From assembly GCA_016215625.1 (NCBI GenBank), contig JACRIW010000058.1, positions 32,252 to 96,251 of the forward strand: a stretch of DNA of 64,000 nucleotides. The letters run 5' to 3'. The notes beneath the pieces are model-generated. The model worked only from the letters and a program-made list of their open reading frames with translations, was not told where the DNA came from and ran no database searches. Positions within the stretch are counted from its first letter, which is position 1. Each line of letters opens with the position of its first letter. Source of the DNA: Candidatus Eiseniibacteriota bacterium. Its GTDB lineage: Bacteria; Eisenbacteria; RBG-16-71-46. The position numbers and the translations under genes were made by a program. Shown here piece after piece: positions 38,673 through 48,200 of the stretch.

Positions 38673-40274
38673 ATGCGCGCTCGTGACGACACGCCGAAGG
38701 CGGCGCCACCGCCCGAACGAAACGGCGATGGGGTGATTTCGGTCGCCGTCGCGCTCGCCGCGTTCGCCGCCTACCTGTTCCTCGCCCCGCCGGTCTCGGG
38801 CGACCGCGACTCGAGCGAGTTCACGGTCGTGCTGGCCGCCAACGGTGTCGCGCACCCGACGGGATACGTGCTCTACACCGTGCTCGGGCACGGATTCGTC
38901 GCGGCGCTGCGCGCGCTGGGAGCGCCGGGGGCGTGGGCGGCGAACGCCTTCAGCGCACTCGGCGGTGGCGTCGCGATGGGACTGCTGCACGCGACCGCCG
39001 CGCGCTTCGCGGCGACCTCGCGCGTGCTCGGGACCCCCGCGCGCACCGCGCTCCCGCTCGTCTGCGTCGCCCTCATCGCCCTGGGCCCGGCGTGGACGCA
39101 GGTGACGACCGTGGCCGAGGTGTATTCGTGGCACGTCGCCTGGGCGCTCGCGCTGACGTGGCTCGCCGTCGGGCGCCTGCTCGGGCCCGGCGCGCCGGAT
39201 GTGCGCGAACACGTCGTGTGGGGAGTGCTCGTGGGCGCCGGGCTCGCGCATCACGCGACGTCGGTGTTCTTCTCGGTGCCGCTCACGGCCGCATACTTGC
39301 TCGAGAGCGTGCCGGCGCGCGAGCGGCGCGGCGCGCTCGTGCGCGTGCTCACCGCCGCGGCGATGCTGCCGGTCGCCTGCGCGGTGTGGTTGTGGCTGCA
39401 CGCGGGCCACGACGGCCCGGGGATCTGGCGCACGCTGGGGCCGGGCTGGGCGGGCGTGTGGGCGCACGTGAGCGCCGCGCAGTACGCCGGGCACTTCGGA
39501 CGGTTCGCGCCCGAGCCGCTCGACCGCGCCCTCATCGAGCGCCACGTGTTCCCGCCGCTCTTCGCGGGACTGGCGGCGCTGGTGCTCGCGTGGGCATTGA
39601 CGCCCGGTGGCCGCGCGCGGGCGGTGCTCGCCGTGCTGCTCGGCATCGCCTCCGCACAGGCGCTGTTCGCGTTCGGCTACGGCGTCGAGGACCCGAGCGC
39701 GTATTTCCTGCCCGCGCTCGTGCTCGGCGTACTCGCCCTGGCGCCGCTCGCGTGCGCGCTCACGGCGCTGCGTGGCGCCGGAGTGGTCGCCGCGCGCTCG
39801 CTCGTGGGCGTCGCGGCGCTCGCGGCGCTGCCGGGACTCGCGACCGGCTGGCGCACCGCGGTCGAGGCGCGCGCGACGTTCGTGGGGCTCGACGCGTTCG
39901 TGCACGAGCAGTGGGAGCGCATCCCGATCGAGCGCGGGATCGTCTTCTGGCCGCGCGACCTGCACCAGCGCCTGATCGAGTACCAGCTGCTGCGCGGCGA
40001 GAAGCCCGGACTCGAGATCTGGAACCCGCGCATGCTCACGCACCCCGAGGCGAAGCGGCGGTTCTTCGCGCGCCACGGCTTCGATCCCGTCGGGGATCTG
40101 CGGCTGAGGGCGGAGGATGTGCGAGGAGGCGCCGCCGCTCCGGGTGGGCGCGCGTTCGCGATCGCGGTGGCCGAGCGCGTGAACGAGCGGACCGCGCTGC
40201 CGGTGGTGCTGTTCGAGCCCGAGATCCCGGCGGTCACGGTGCTGCCCGAGCGGCCCGCGGGGAACGTGCGCTGA
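38673..40274 (+). CDS. DUF2723-family polytopic membrane protein (putative glycosyltransferase)
   Basis: 533 aa with more than 10 transmembrane helices. The N-terminal motif is AAYLFLAPPVSGDRDSSEFTVVLAANGVAHPTGYVLYTVLG. Confidence 0.65.
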   Translation: MRARDDTPKAAPPPERNGDGVISVAVALAAFAAYLFLAPPVSGDRDSSEFTVVLAANGVAHPTGYVLYTVLGHGFVAALRALGAPGAWAANAFSALGGGVAMGLLHATAARFAATSRVLGTPARTALPLVCVALIALGPAWTQVTTVAEVYSWHVAWALALTWLAVGRLLGPGAPDVREHVVWGVLVGAGLAHHATSVFFSVPLTAAYLLESVPARERRGALVRVLTAAAMLPVACAVWLWLHAGHDGPGIWRTLGPGWAGVWAHVSAAQYAGHFGRFAPEPLDRALIERHVFPPLFAGLAALVLAWALTPGGRARAVLAVLLGIASAQALFAFGYGVEDPSAYFLPALVLGVLALAPLACALTALRGAGVVAARSLVGVAALAALPGLATGWRTAVEARATFVGLDAFVHEQWERIPIERGIVFWPRDLHQRLIEYQLLRGEKPGLEIWNPRMLTHPEAKRRFFARHGFDPVGDLRLRAEDVRGGAAAPGGRAFAIAVAERVNERTALPVVLFEPEIPAVTVLPERPAGNVR

Positions 40275-40286
40275 CCCGGTGCAGAG

Positions 40287-40318
40287 CGGCCGCCCTCCGG
40301 AGTTCCGGAAGGCGGCCG
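40287..40318. terminator. Hairpin between convergent genes
   Basis: CGGCCGCCCTCCGG-AGTT-CCGGAAGGCGGCCG is a 14-bp stem with one mismatch. Confidence 0.45.
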
Positions 40319-40342
40319 TCTGCGTGCGGCGTGAAGCGGGAG

Positions 40343-41080
40343 TTATCGGTAAAGCGACTTCAGCCGGCCCCACGTGGACTTCTGCGAGGGCACCGGCAGG
40401 TTGGCCACCGTCACCTGGTACCCGAGATTGGCGGGCACGGAAAGCGTGTACCAGCCCGCGGCGCCGACGGTCGCCGAGTTCGCGTAGAAATCGGGATCGC
40501 TCGATCCCACGGTCGGCGGGTCGAGCGACACGAAACCGAGACGGTTGGCCGTGCCGGTCTTCGAGGTCACCTGCTGCGTGACGATCACGTCGGTCGTGCC
40601 GAGCGTGATCGCGAGCACGTCGAGACCCGTGACGTTGACGAACGAGTAGAAGCCCTTGGCGAGGCCGGTGCCGAAGTTCACGTTCGTCGTGAAGCCGCCG
40701 AGGTACGCGGCCGTCGCGCCGTCGTAGAACGAAATCGCGCAGTTCGCGGTGAGCAGGCTGCCGAGGCTCGAACCCGAGTTGAAGATCGTGAACTTGAGGC
40801 CCGAGAGGATGCCGGCGTTCGTCGTGAACAGTTCGTCACCCCAGATCGAGGTGAGCGAGGTGGAGGAGAAGCCCGTGTTCGCCGCGGACGTCGAGTTGTC
40901 GTAGACGACACCGGCGAACGCCGTCGAGTTGGGCGTGATCTGCGGACGGCTCATCAGGTCGATGTCGATCTCGCCGGCCAACTGGGCGGGCTCGGACACG
41001 AGCGCCTGGGCGGAGGCGACGGCGACGCTCAGGGCGAGCATCGCGACGGCGAGACGCAGCGTGGTAGCGATCTTCCGCAT
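40343..41080 (-). CDS. Secreted hypothetical protein ending in the C-terminal motif STWGRLKSLYR
   Basis: ATG at 41080 gives MRKIATTLRLAVAMLALSVAVASAQA, a signal peptide. The 246 aa protein is Ser/Thr/Gly/Asn-rich and beta-rich. It shares the terminal motif with the proteins at 12945 and 52690. Confidence 0.7.
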   Translation of the reverse strand: MRKIATTLRLAVAMLALSVAVASAQALVSEPAQLAGEIDIDLMSRPQITPNSTAFAGVVYDNSTSAANTGFSSTSLTSIWGDELFTTNAGILSGLKFTIFNSGSSLGSLLTANCAISFYDGATAAYLGGFTTNVNFGTGLAKGFYSFVNVTGLDVLAITLGTTDVIVTQQVTSKTGTANRLGFVSLDPPTVGSSDPDFYANSATVGAAGWYTLSVPANLGYQVTVANLPVPSQKSTWGRLKSLYR

Positions 41081-41341
41081 GGGGTTCCCTCGAGTGGATG
41101 GATTCGGCGCAGGGCCGACGTGAACAGCGCGGACCCGCTTCGCGGGCCCCGATGAACTGCCGGAGAACCGGGGGAGCGCAGTTCGAGCTCCACCGGACTC
41201 CACCACGATAGGCAATCGGGCATGGCGAGCAGTAGTACGCATTGCACCGCCGCCCGTCGGCGTGGGGATTTCTTCGACGAATGCCGTCTCCTGTGCAGTG
41301 AGGGTGAGCATTGTTCAGTGGTGCTGCCGCCGCCAGAAAGG

Positions 41342-41376
41342 CGAAGGGCCACGGCTCGTTCCGCCGTGGCCCTTCG
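41342..41376 (-). terminator. Hairpin terminator downstream of the metalloprotease gene
   Basis: CGAAGGGCCACGG-ctcgttccg-CCGTGGCCCTTCG is a 13-bp stem. On the minus strand it is followed by TTTCT. Confidence 0.45.
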
Positions 41377-41414
41377 CGCCCTTCGTGCCCTTCGCGCGTT
41401 CGTGCGCGTGTGTG

Positions 41415-44400
41415 TCAGCGCAACACGACCACGCGCTGCGTGTACTGCTTCCCGTCGACCAGCATGCGGGCGAAATACACACCCGACGACGGGCGTTCAC
41501 CGTTCGCGGTGCGCGTGAACGACGCGCCGTGCCAGCCCGCGGCGTACTCGCCGTCGGCCAGCGTGGCCACGAGACGCCCCGCGAGATCGTGCAGCGTGAG
41601 CCGCACGCGCTGCGCCTGCGGCAGTGCGAAGCGCAGCTGCGCGCCGCCGCGCGAGGGATGCGCGCCCGTGAGGGCGAGCGCCACGTGGCTCGGAATGGCG
41701 TCGTCCACGCCGCGCGCGAGGCACTGCTCGGTCTCGGCGACGAGCCCGAGGAACGGCGCCGAAGTGACGCCGGTCACCGCGACGTCGTCGATCCACCAGC
41801 CCGGAGAGCCGACGCCGGCGTCCGCCGCGTGCCGGAAGCGCAGCTTCACGGTCTGGCCCGCGTAGGTGAGGCCGAAGTTCAGCGTCGCGCTGATCGGCGT
41901 GGGATAACCCGCGCTGGCCTTGGTCCATGCGGAGCGTCCACCGAGCGGATTGCCGCTGCCGTTGTACATCGTGCCGGTGTAGCCCGGCGTGCACACGCCG
42001 CCGACGTCGGACCACGTCGTGCCGCCGTCGGTGGACAGTTCGACCACGCCGCCGTCGTAGTCGAACGACGCGTCGTACTCGAACGACCAGCGATGCTTGA
42101 AGGTGACGGTGAACGGTGTGCTCGGGCTCAGCGTGAGCGGCGGGCTCGTGAAACGCAGGTCGGCCGCGCCGCCCGCGCCGGGCACGTGGTAGGCGTGGCT
42201 CGAGGCGGCGACTTCGGCCCGCGCCCAGGGATCGCCGCCCGAACCGCCGGCCGTCCACGTGGTGTGGTGCGACTCGGCGCCGTCGGTGAAGAACGTGCCT
42301 TCGTCCGAATGCACGTAGTCGCGCAGCAGGAGCAGCCGCGGTCCCGGCGACAGCAGGCCCGGATCGTCCACGGCGACGTACAACTCGAGCAGTTCGCCCG
42401 CCGCCGCGCCGTCGATCGCGACCGGGATGTCCTGCGCCAGCGACGTGAACGGCGCGCTCGCCGCGACGTTGAAGAGGTTGCCCGACGGGAAGAGCACGTG
42501 CAGGTTCGGCGACGAGACGCTCACCGTGGTGGCCGACAGGGTCGTCGCACCCGTGTTGCGGAAGCCGACCCGCAGCGTGCCGACTTCGCCGTTGTCGAGA
42601 TAGCTGTCCGAGTCGCAGGCGTGCAGGTCGTCGGTGAGCGAGGCGGAGAGGATGGCGAGGTTGCCGCCGAGCGTGAAGCTCTCGACCGCGCCCGCGTTGT
42701 TCGTGGAGCCGGATGCGGGGGAGATCGCGCCCGAGCCGAGGCCGCGCTTGGCGAACGCCTGCGCGAGCAGCTGGAAGTCGGCCGGGTCGTTCGCGTACGC
42801 CACGGCGAGGATCGCGTCGCGCGCGTCGGTGAACGTCGGCGCGTTGGGCGTCAGCTTGAGCCCGCCGATCACGTACGACTTCATGCGGTCCTGCGCCTGC
42901 GCGAAGGTCAGGCGCGGGGTGTCCGCGAGCAGGGCCGCGTAGCACTCCCACAGCATCGTGCACCACACTTCGCCGGTGCGGTGCACCTCGGAGTTCGTGG
43001 CGCCGCTCGGATCGCCGTTGAGCGGCGGGCCCACGGGCAGCGCGACGCCGTCCGAGATGTGCTTGAACGTGAGCGGGTTCTTCGTCATGTCCGTCGAGTA
43101 GGGGTAACGGCGGATGCCGAAGTAATAGTAGTTGTGCGGGACCAGGTTGCCGCTGAGCGCGTAGCCCGCCATGCCCCAGCAGCCCGCGAGGTTGTCGCCG
43201 GGACGCACGGTCATGAGCAGCGAGAAGAAGTCGCTCCAGCCTTCACCCATGCCGCCGCCCTGCTGATTGCTCAGGCCCGCGGCGTTGCCCACGAGACGGT
43301 TGCTCACGTAGTGCGCCCACTCGTGCGCCACGATGTGCCCGTCGATCGTGCCGTCGCGCTGGACCTGCGCCTGGCGCAGCAGCGTCGCGGTGACGCCCGC
43401 GCCGAGCTGCGCGCGGATGGCGTTGCCGACCGCCTGGGTCACGGAGATCGACGGAATCGTGATGCCGGCGACGGTGCCGCCGAGCCCGGGCGGCGAGGAG
43501 GACGCCGTGTTGTCCACGATGATGACGCCGATCGCGCCGGCGGTCTGGGCGTTCTGGACCTTCACGCTGAAGCCGCACGTGCCGCGATCGATGAGGGCGA
43601 TCTTACCCACCACGGAGCTCGTGATCGCCGTGCAGCCGTCGAGCGTCGGAGCGACGCCGTCCACGGCGGCGACCACCTGGCCCGTGACGTTGAACGTCTG
43701 CGGCCCGAAACCCGTGGCCACGCCGGCCGCGTAGCCGCCGGCGATCGCCGCGGGGGCGCTCACCGTGAGCGAGGCGCTGACGGGCGGATTGAAGACGTAC
43801 ATCTGCATGCGCGGCGAGCCGCCGTCGGCGGGCGTGGACATGTTCGCGTTGTTCGTGCCGCCGTAATCCTCGCCCTCGGCGAGGATCGGGTCACCCGCGA
43901 CGCCGCCGCGGCCGAAGTTGTCGGTCTGCGCGTTGCCGGCGACTTCGTCGAAGCCGGAGTCGTAGAACCAGTCGTGCAGGAAGTTGTTCAGGTAGAAGAG
44001 CGTGGTCGCCGCGGCCATGCGCTGGTTCGTGCTCGCGCTGGGCCCCAGGTTCGTGTCGTACACGCGGTCGAACGCGCCGGCTGCCGTCGTGGTCGGGCGC
44101 ACGTCGCCGGCGGTGTAGCCGTCGGGCGAGACGATGTCGTCGTACGCGTCCACGTTGTTGCCCGTCGTGACGCCGGCGCCCGGGGCGAGCCAGGGATCGT
44201 TCCGCGAGAACGGCGAGTTCTGCAGCGTGATCAGGTTCGGCGCCGTGAGCGGCGGCATGTAGAAGTCGGGCAGGCCGGTCGGGTGCGGCGAGGGCGCGTC
44301 GCCCTGCGGCCCGTCCATCGGGAGGTACGGCGAGGCGGTGTTCGCCCAGACGCGATAGCTGAAGGCCGCGTCCGCCATGATGCTGTGGCGGAACAGCAGC

Positions 44401-45230
44401 CGGCCGTCGGCGGCCGAGTACACGTAGGCGTAAGCCTCGGTCTCGCCCATCACCTCGACGTAGTGCGCGGGCTCGAGTGCGTCGCCGAGCCGGAACCACA
44501 CCTTGCGCACGCGCGGCGAGGTCGCGACGGCGAGCCCGTCTCCGAGCTCGCGTACTTCGGCGGGCGCGGGATAGCGCTCGTAGCCCGCTTCGTCGGGAGC
44601 GCCGGGAGCCGCGAGCGCCGGCGGCACCGCGAGCGAGCCGAAGTCGGCGAGGGCCGAGGCGACCGCGCTCGCCGAGGACCGCGCGAACGCGGCTTCGGCG
44701 TCGGCCGGAGCGTTCGTGCGACCGGGCAGCGAGCCGGCGACCGCGACCAGTTCGAGATTGCGGTCGAGGCAGACGCGGAACTCGTCGCGGAAGACCTCGA
44801 TGCCGGCGATCTCCTGGCGATAGCTCGCGAGGATGGCGCCCGTGCCGCGGTCGTCGAGACGCACCAGCTTCGCGCCCGTGACGTCGGCGCGCTGGAGCCG
44901 GTAGAGCGGCGCGAGCGTGCCGAGGAACGAGCGCGCCGCCGCGTCGGCGTCACGCGGCGCGCGGAAGCGCGTCGCCGCGCCCGGGGCGTACACGACTCGG
45001 CTCTCGCCCCAGACGAACGACGGCACGCCGTAACGCTCGTCGGTGGACTGCACGCGGGCGAGCCGCGCGAGGGCGGGATCGGCGGCCGCGTTCGCGCGCG
45101 TGGCGGGGGCCGTGCGGCCGGGAGCGGACAGCGCGGCGTCGAACTCGGGACGGTGGGCGGCGAGCGAGACGGCGGCGAAGCACGACACCGCGATCAGCGC
45201 GCCGAGGAGCGGTCGGATGGAAGGCCGCAC
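41415..45230 (-). CDS. Secreted M36 (fungalysin-like) zinc metalloprotease with a propeptide region, PA domain and FlgD-Ig/T9SS-type tail
   Basis: GTG at 45230 (GGAGG upstream) gives (M)RPSIRPLLGALIAVSCFAAVSLAA. The zinc motif HEWAHYVSNRLVG matches the M36 pattern HEYTHGLSNRL. PA domain: GKIALIDRGTCGFSVKVQNAQTAGAIGVIIVDN. Tail: GVYFARMLVDGKQYTQRVVVLR. Confidence 0.8.
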   Translation of the reverse strand: MRPSIRPLLGALIAVSCFAAVSLAAHRPEFDAALSAPGRTAPATRANAAADPALARLARVQSTDERYGVPSFVWGESRVVYAPGAATRFRAPRDADAAARSFLGTLAPLYRLQRADVTGAKLVRLDDRGTGAILASYRQEIAGIEVFRDEFRVCLDRNLELVAVAGSLPGRTNAPADAEAAFARSSASAVASALADFGSLAVPPALAAPGAPDEAGYERYPAPAEVRELGDGLAVATSPRVRKVWFRLGDALEPAHYVEVMGETEAYAYVYSAADGRLLFRHSIMADAAFSYRVWANTASPYLPMDGPQGDAPSPHPTGLPDFYMPPLTAPNLITLQNSPFSRNDPWLAPGAGVTTGNNVDAYDDIVSPDGYTAGDVRPTTTAAGAFDRVYDTNLGPSASTNQRMAAATTLFYLNNFLHDWFYDSGFDEVAGNAQTDNFGRGGVAGDPILAEGEDYGGTNNANMSTPADGGSPRMQMYVFNPPVSASLTVSAPAAIAGGYAAGVATGFGPQTFNVTGQVVAAVDGVAPTLDGCTAITSSVVGKIALIDRGTCGFSVKVQNAQTAGAIGVIIVDNTASSSPPGLGGTVAGITIPSISVTQAVGNAIRAQLGAGVTATLLRQAQVQRDGTIDGHIVAHEWAHYVSNRLVGNAAGLSNQQGGGMGEGWSDFFSLLMTVRPGDNLAGCWGMAGYALSGNLVPHNYYYFGIRRYPYSTDMTKNPLTFKHISDGVALPVGPPLNGDPSGATNSEVHRTGEVWCTMLWECYAALLADTPRLTFAQAQDRMKSYVIGGLKLTPNAPTFTDARDAILAVAYANDPADFQLLAQAFAKRGLGSGAISPASGSTNNAGAVESFTLGGNLAILSASLTDDLHACDSDSYLDNGEVGTLRVGFRNTGATTLSATTVSVSSPNLHVLFPSGNLFNVAASAPFTSLAQDIPVAIDGAAAGELLELYVAVDDPGLLSPGPRLLLLRDYVHSDEGTFFTDGAESHHTTWTAGGSGGDPWARAEVAASSHAYHVPGAGGAADLRFTSPPLTLSPSTPFTVTFKHRWSFEYDASFDYDGGVVELSTDGGTTWSDVGGVCTPGYTGTMYNGSGNPLGGRSAWTKASAGYPTPISATLNFGLTYAGQTVKLRFRHAADAGVGSPGWWIDDVAVTGVTSAPFLGLVAETEQCLARGVDDAIPSHVALALTGAHPSRGGAQLRFALPQAQRVRLTLHDLAGRLVATLADGEYAAGWHGASFTRTANGERPSSGVYFARMLVDGKQYTQRVVVLR

Positions 45231-45289
45231 GAATCCTCCGGGGCTTGGGAGATCGGTCAGGAAGTGTGGAGAGTCGGGCGGTGAGGATA

Positions 45290-48200
45290 CTACGGGCGCA
45301 CGGTCACGGACCTCACCAGAATGCGTCCTCCGTACTCGAGCCGGTACCAGTAGAGGCCCGGTGCCTGCCGGGAGACGTCCACCGTGTGCTCGTGGCGGCC
45401 GGCCTCGAGCCGTTCGCCCGAGAGCAGGGCGGCGACGCGGCGGCCGGTCACGTCGAAGAGCCCGAGGCGCACGGCCCCGGCGGCGGGCAGCGTGAACGCG
45501 AGCCGGCTGCGGTTGCGGGCGGGATTGGGAGTGGGGGCGCCCAACGTGAACGCCGTCACCGCGGGTTCCGCCGGTGCGTCGAGCAACTCGAGCTGGTAGG
45601 ACGGGTCGAGGAGCGCGGCATAGAAGGGATGCCCCTCGCTCGCGATCGTCGAGAAGAACCCGCCCACGTGCAGCGTGCCCCGGTCGCGCAACAGCGCGTG
45701 CACGCCCTGCCACGGATCCGGCCTCCATGCGATCGGCGCGCCCGTCGGCGCGTCGAGGAGCGCGAGGTTGAAACTGCCGTACGCGCCGTTGGCGACCGAG
45801 CCGAACGTTCCGCCCACGAAGAGCAGGCCGTTGTTCAGGTCGAGCACGTCCACCTGCTCGCTCACGCCACTGCTCATGCCCGCGTTCCACGCGGTGGCGA
45901 GCCCGGTCGTGCGCGAGAGAAGGGCGAGCTTCGGGCGGCTCGCTCCGCCGATCGAGGTGAACGCACCGCCCACGAACAACTCACCGGGCTGGAACGCGAA
46001 CGACGTGATCTGGTTGTTGGCCGACGGATTCCAGCTCGTGAGCACGCCGGTCGTCGCGTCGAAGGCCGCGCCGTTGCCGCGCGGCTGGCCACCGGCGCTC
46101 GTGAACGCGCCGCCGACGAACAGCGTGCCCGAGTCCACCGCGAGGCGGATGGGCGTGCCGTTCGTGCCGGGGTTCCACGCGGTGGCGAGTCCCGCCGTGG
46201 TGTCCACCTGCGCGAGCGAGGTGCGCGCGGCTCCGCCGGCCGAGGAGAACGCGCCGCCCAGATAGAAGGTCCCTTCGTGCTCGGCCATCGAGAACACCGT
46301 CCCGTCGGGCTCGGGCGCCCACGGAGACACTTCCGCCGTGGCGGTGTCGAACGCCGCCGCGAGGTTGCGCACGGGCGCCTCCGTGCGGAAGAAGGTGCCC
46401 ACGGCGTAGACGCGACCGTTGCTCAGGTGCAGGTCGTCCACGTTGCCGAACGTGCGCGGATCCCACGGACGCACGTATCCCGTGCGCAGGTCGACTGCCG
46501 CGAGCCCGCCACGCGCGGACATGCCGACGGAAGTGAAGGCACCGGCGACCAGCATGCGGCCGCGGTCCGCTTCGAGCACGGCGACGTTGCCGTTCACGCC
46601 GGGGTCGACTCCCAGCAACGCGAGCGACGAGGCTGAGAACGCTGCGAGGCGCAGCCGCGGCGAGCCGGCGATGTTCGAGAACGCGCCACCGGTGAATAGC
46701 GTGTCGCTCCCGAGCGCGAGCGTGCTCACGGCGCCGTCCGGGACGGGGTCGAAGGGAAGCAGCGCGTTCGTGCTCGTGTTCCACGCGGCGAGGTAGCGGT
46801 GCGAGGCCGACGCGATCGTGGTGAACGAGCCCCCGGCGAAGAGCGTGCCGTTGTTCCAGAGCAGCGCCGTGGGCGGCGAGTTGATGACGGGCGCCCAGGT
46901 GGTCGGCGCGCCGGTCGCGATCGTCACCGAGCCGAGAAGCGACCGCGAGGCGCCGCCGAAGCCCACGCAGTTGCCGCCCGCGGTGAGCGAGGAACCGGCG
47001 TTGAGCGCGAAGATCGGGCCGCTCGGAGCGGGATTCCACGTCGCGGCCGAACCCGTCACGCGGCTGATCGCGCGGATCGAGCCCTTGCCGTTGATCTCAC
47101 CGCCGACGTACAGCCGCGAGCCGTAGGGCGTGAGCGCGTACACGAGCGCCGGGCTGTGCGACGCCCACGACGTGAGCGTGCCGTTCTCCGCCACCGCGCC
47201 GAGCCGCACGCGCGTGACCGCGTTGATCGTGACGAAGCTCCCGCCCACGTACACGACGCCGTCGGCCGTGCCGAGCGCCGTGACCTCGCCGTCCACGTTG
47301 GGCGCGAAACCGTTCGGGCGTCCGGAGGCGAGACTGAAGCCCACGGCGTTGTGCACCGTGATCGAGTTGCCCGTGCCGAACGCACCCGCCATCGCGACGC
47401 GATTCCCGTCGCGCGCGATCGAGTACACGAACGTGTTCGCGACCGGCGCCCAGCCCAGCAGCGTTCCCGTCGAGGCGTTCAGTGCGGCGACGCGCATGCG
47501 CATCGCCGCGTTCACGAAGTCGAACTCGCCGCCCAGGTAGAGCGTGCCGCCGTGCAGCTGCAGCACGCGCACCGCGCCGTTGGGCTGGGCCGACCACGTG
47601 GGGAGCTTGATGCCGGTGGTCGCGTCGAGCGCGACGAGATTGGAGACGGGCTGGCCGTTGACGGTCGCGAAGTCGCCGCCCACGAACACGGTGTTGCCGA
47701 GCACTTCGACCGTCGTCTCCTGCGCCGTGATCACGTCCACGGTCCACGCACCGGGCGCGGCCGTGACCGCGTCGAGCGCGGCGACGTTGCCGCGCGGCTG
47801 CCCCGCCGCGTGCGAGAAGCGGCCCGCGGTCCACAGCACGCCGCCCGAGTGCACGAACTTGCGCACGCTCGGCGTGCCGCCCGTGCGTGACAGTTGCGGG
47901 TCCCACGCGAAGAGCGAGCCGGTCGCGGCCTGCACGCACGCCGCGGACGCGCGCGGCTGCCCGCCCGCGGCCGTGAAGGCGCCGCCCACGTAGAGCGAAT
48001 CGCCGAGCAGCGTGAGCGCGCGCACCGATGCGCCGGAGGAGAGCGCCGCGTCGAACGGCAGGAGCGCGCCCGTCGTGACGTCGATCGCCGCGAGCCCGGC
48101 ACGCGGCGAGCCGTTCACCGAGGTGAACGTGCCGCCGAGGTAGAGCGTGGTGCCCGAGCGCAGGAGCGCGAGAATCGTTCCATTCACGTCCGGAGCGAGC

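Noticed and set aside
41262-45284. 1340-aa plus-strand ORF antisense to the M36 protease
   Set aside because: The protease frame has HExxH, a PA domain and the sorting tail. The antisense ORF is Arg/Ala/Gly low complexity.
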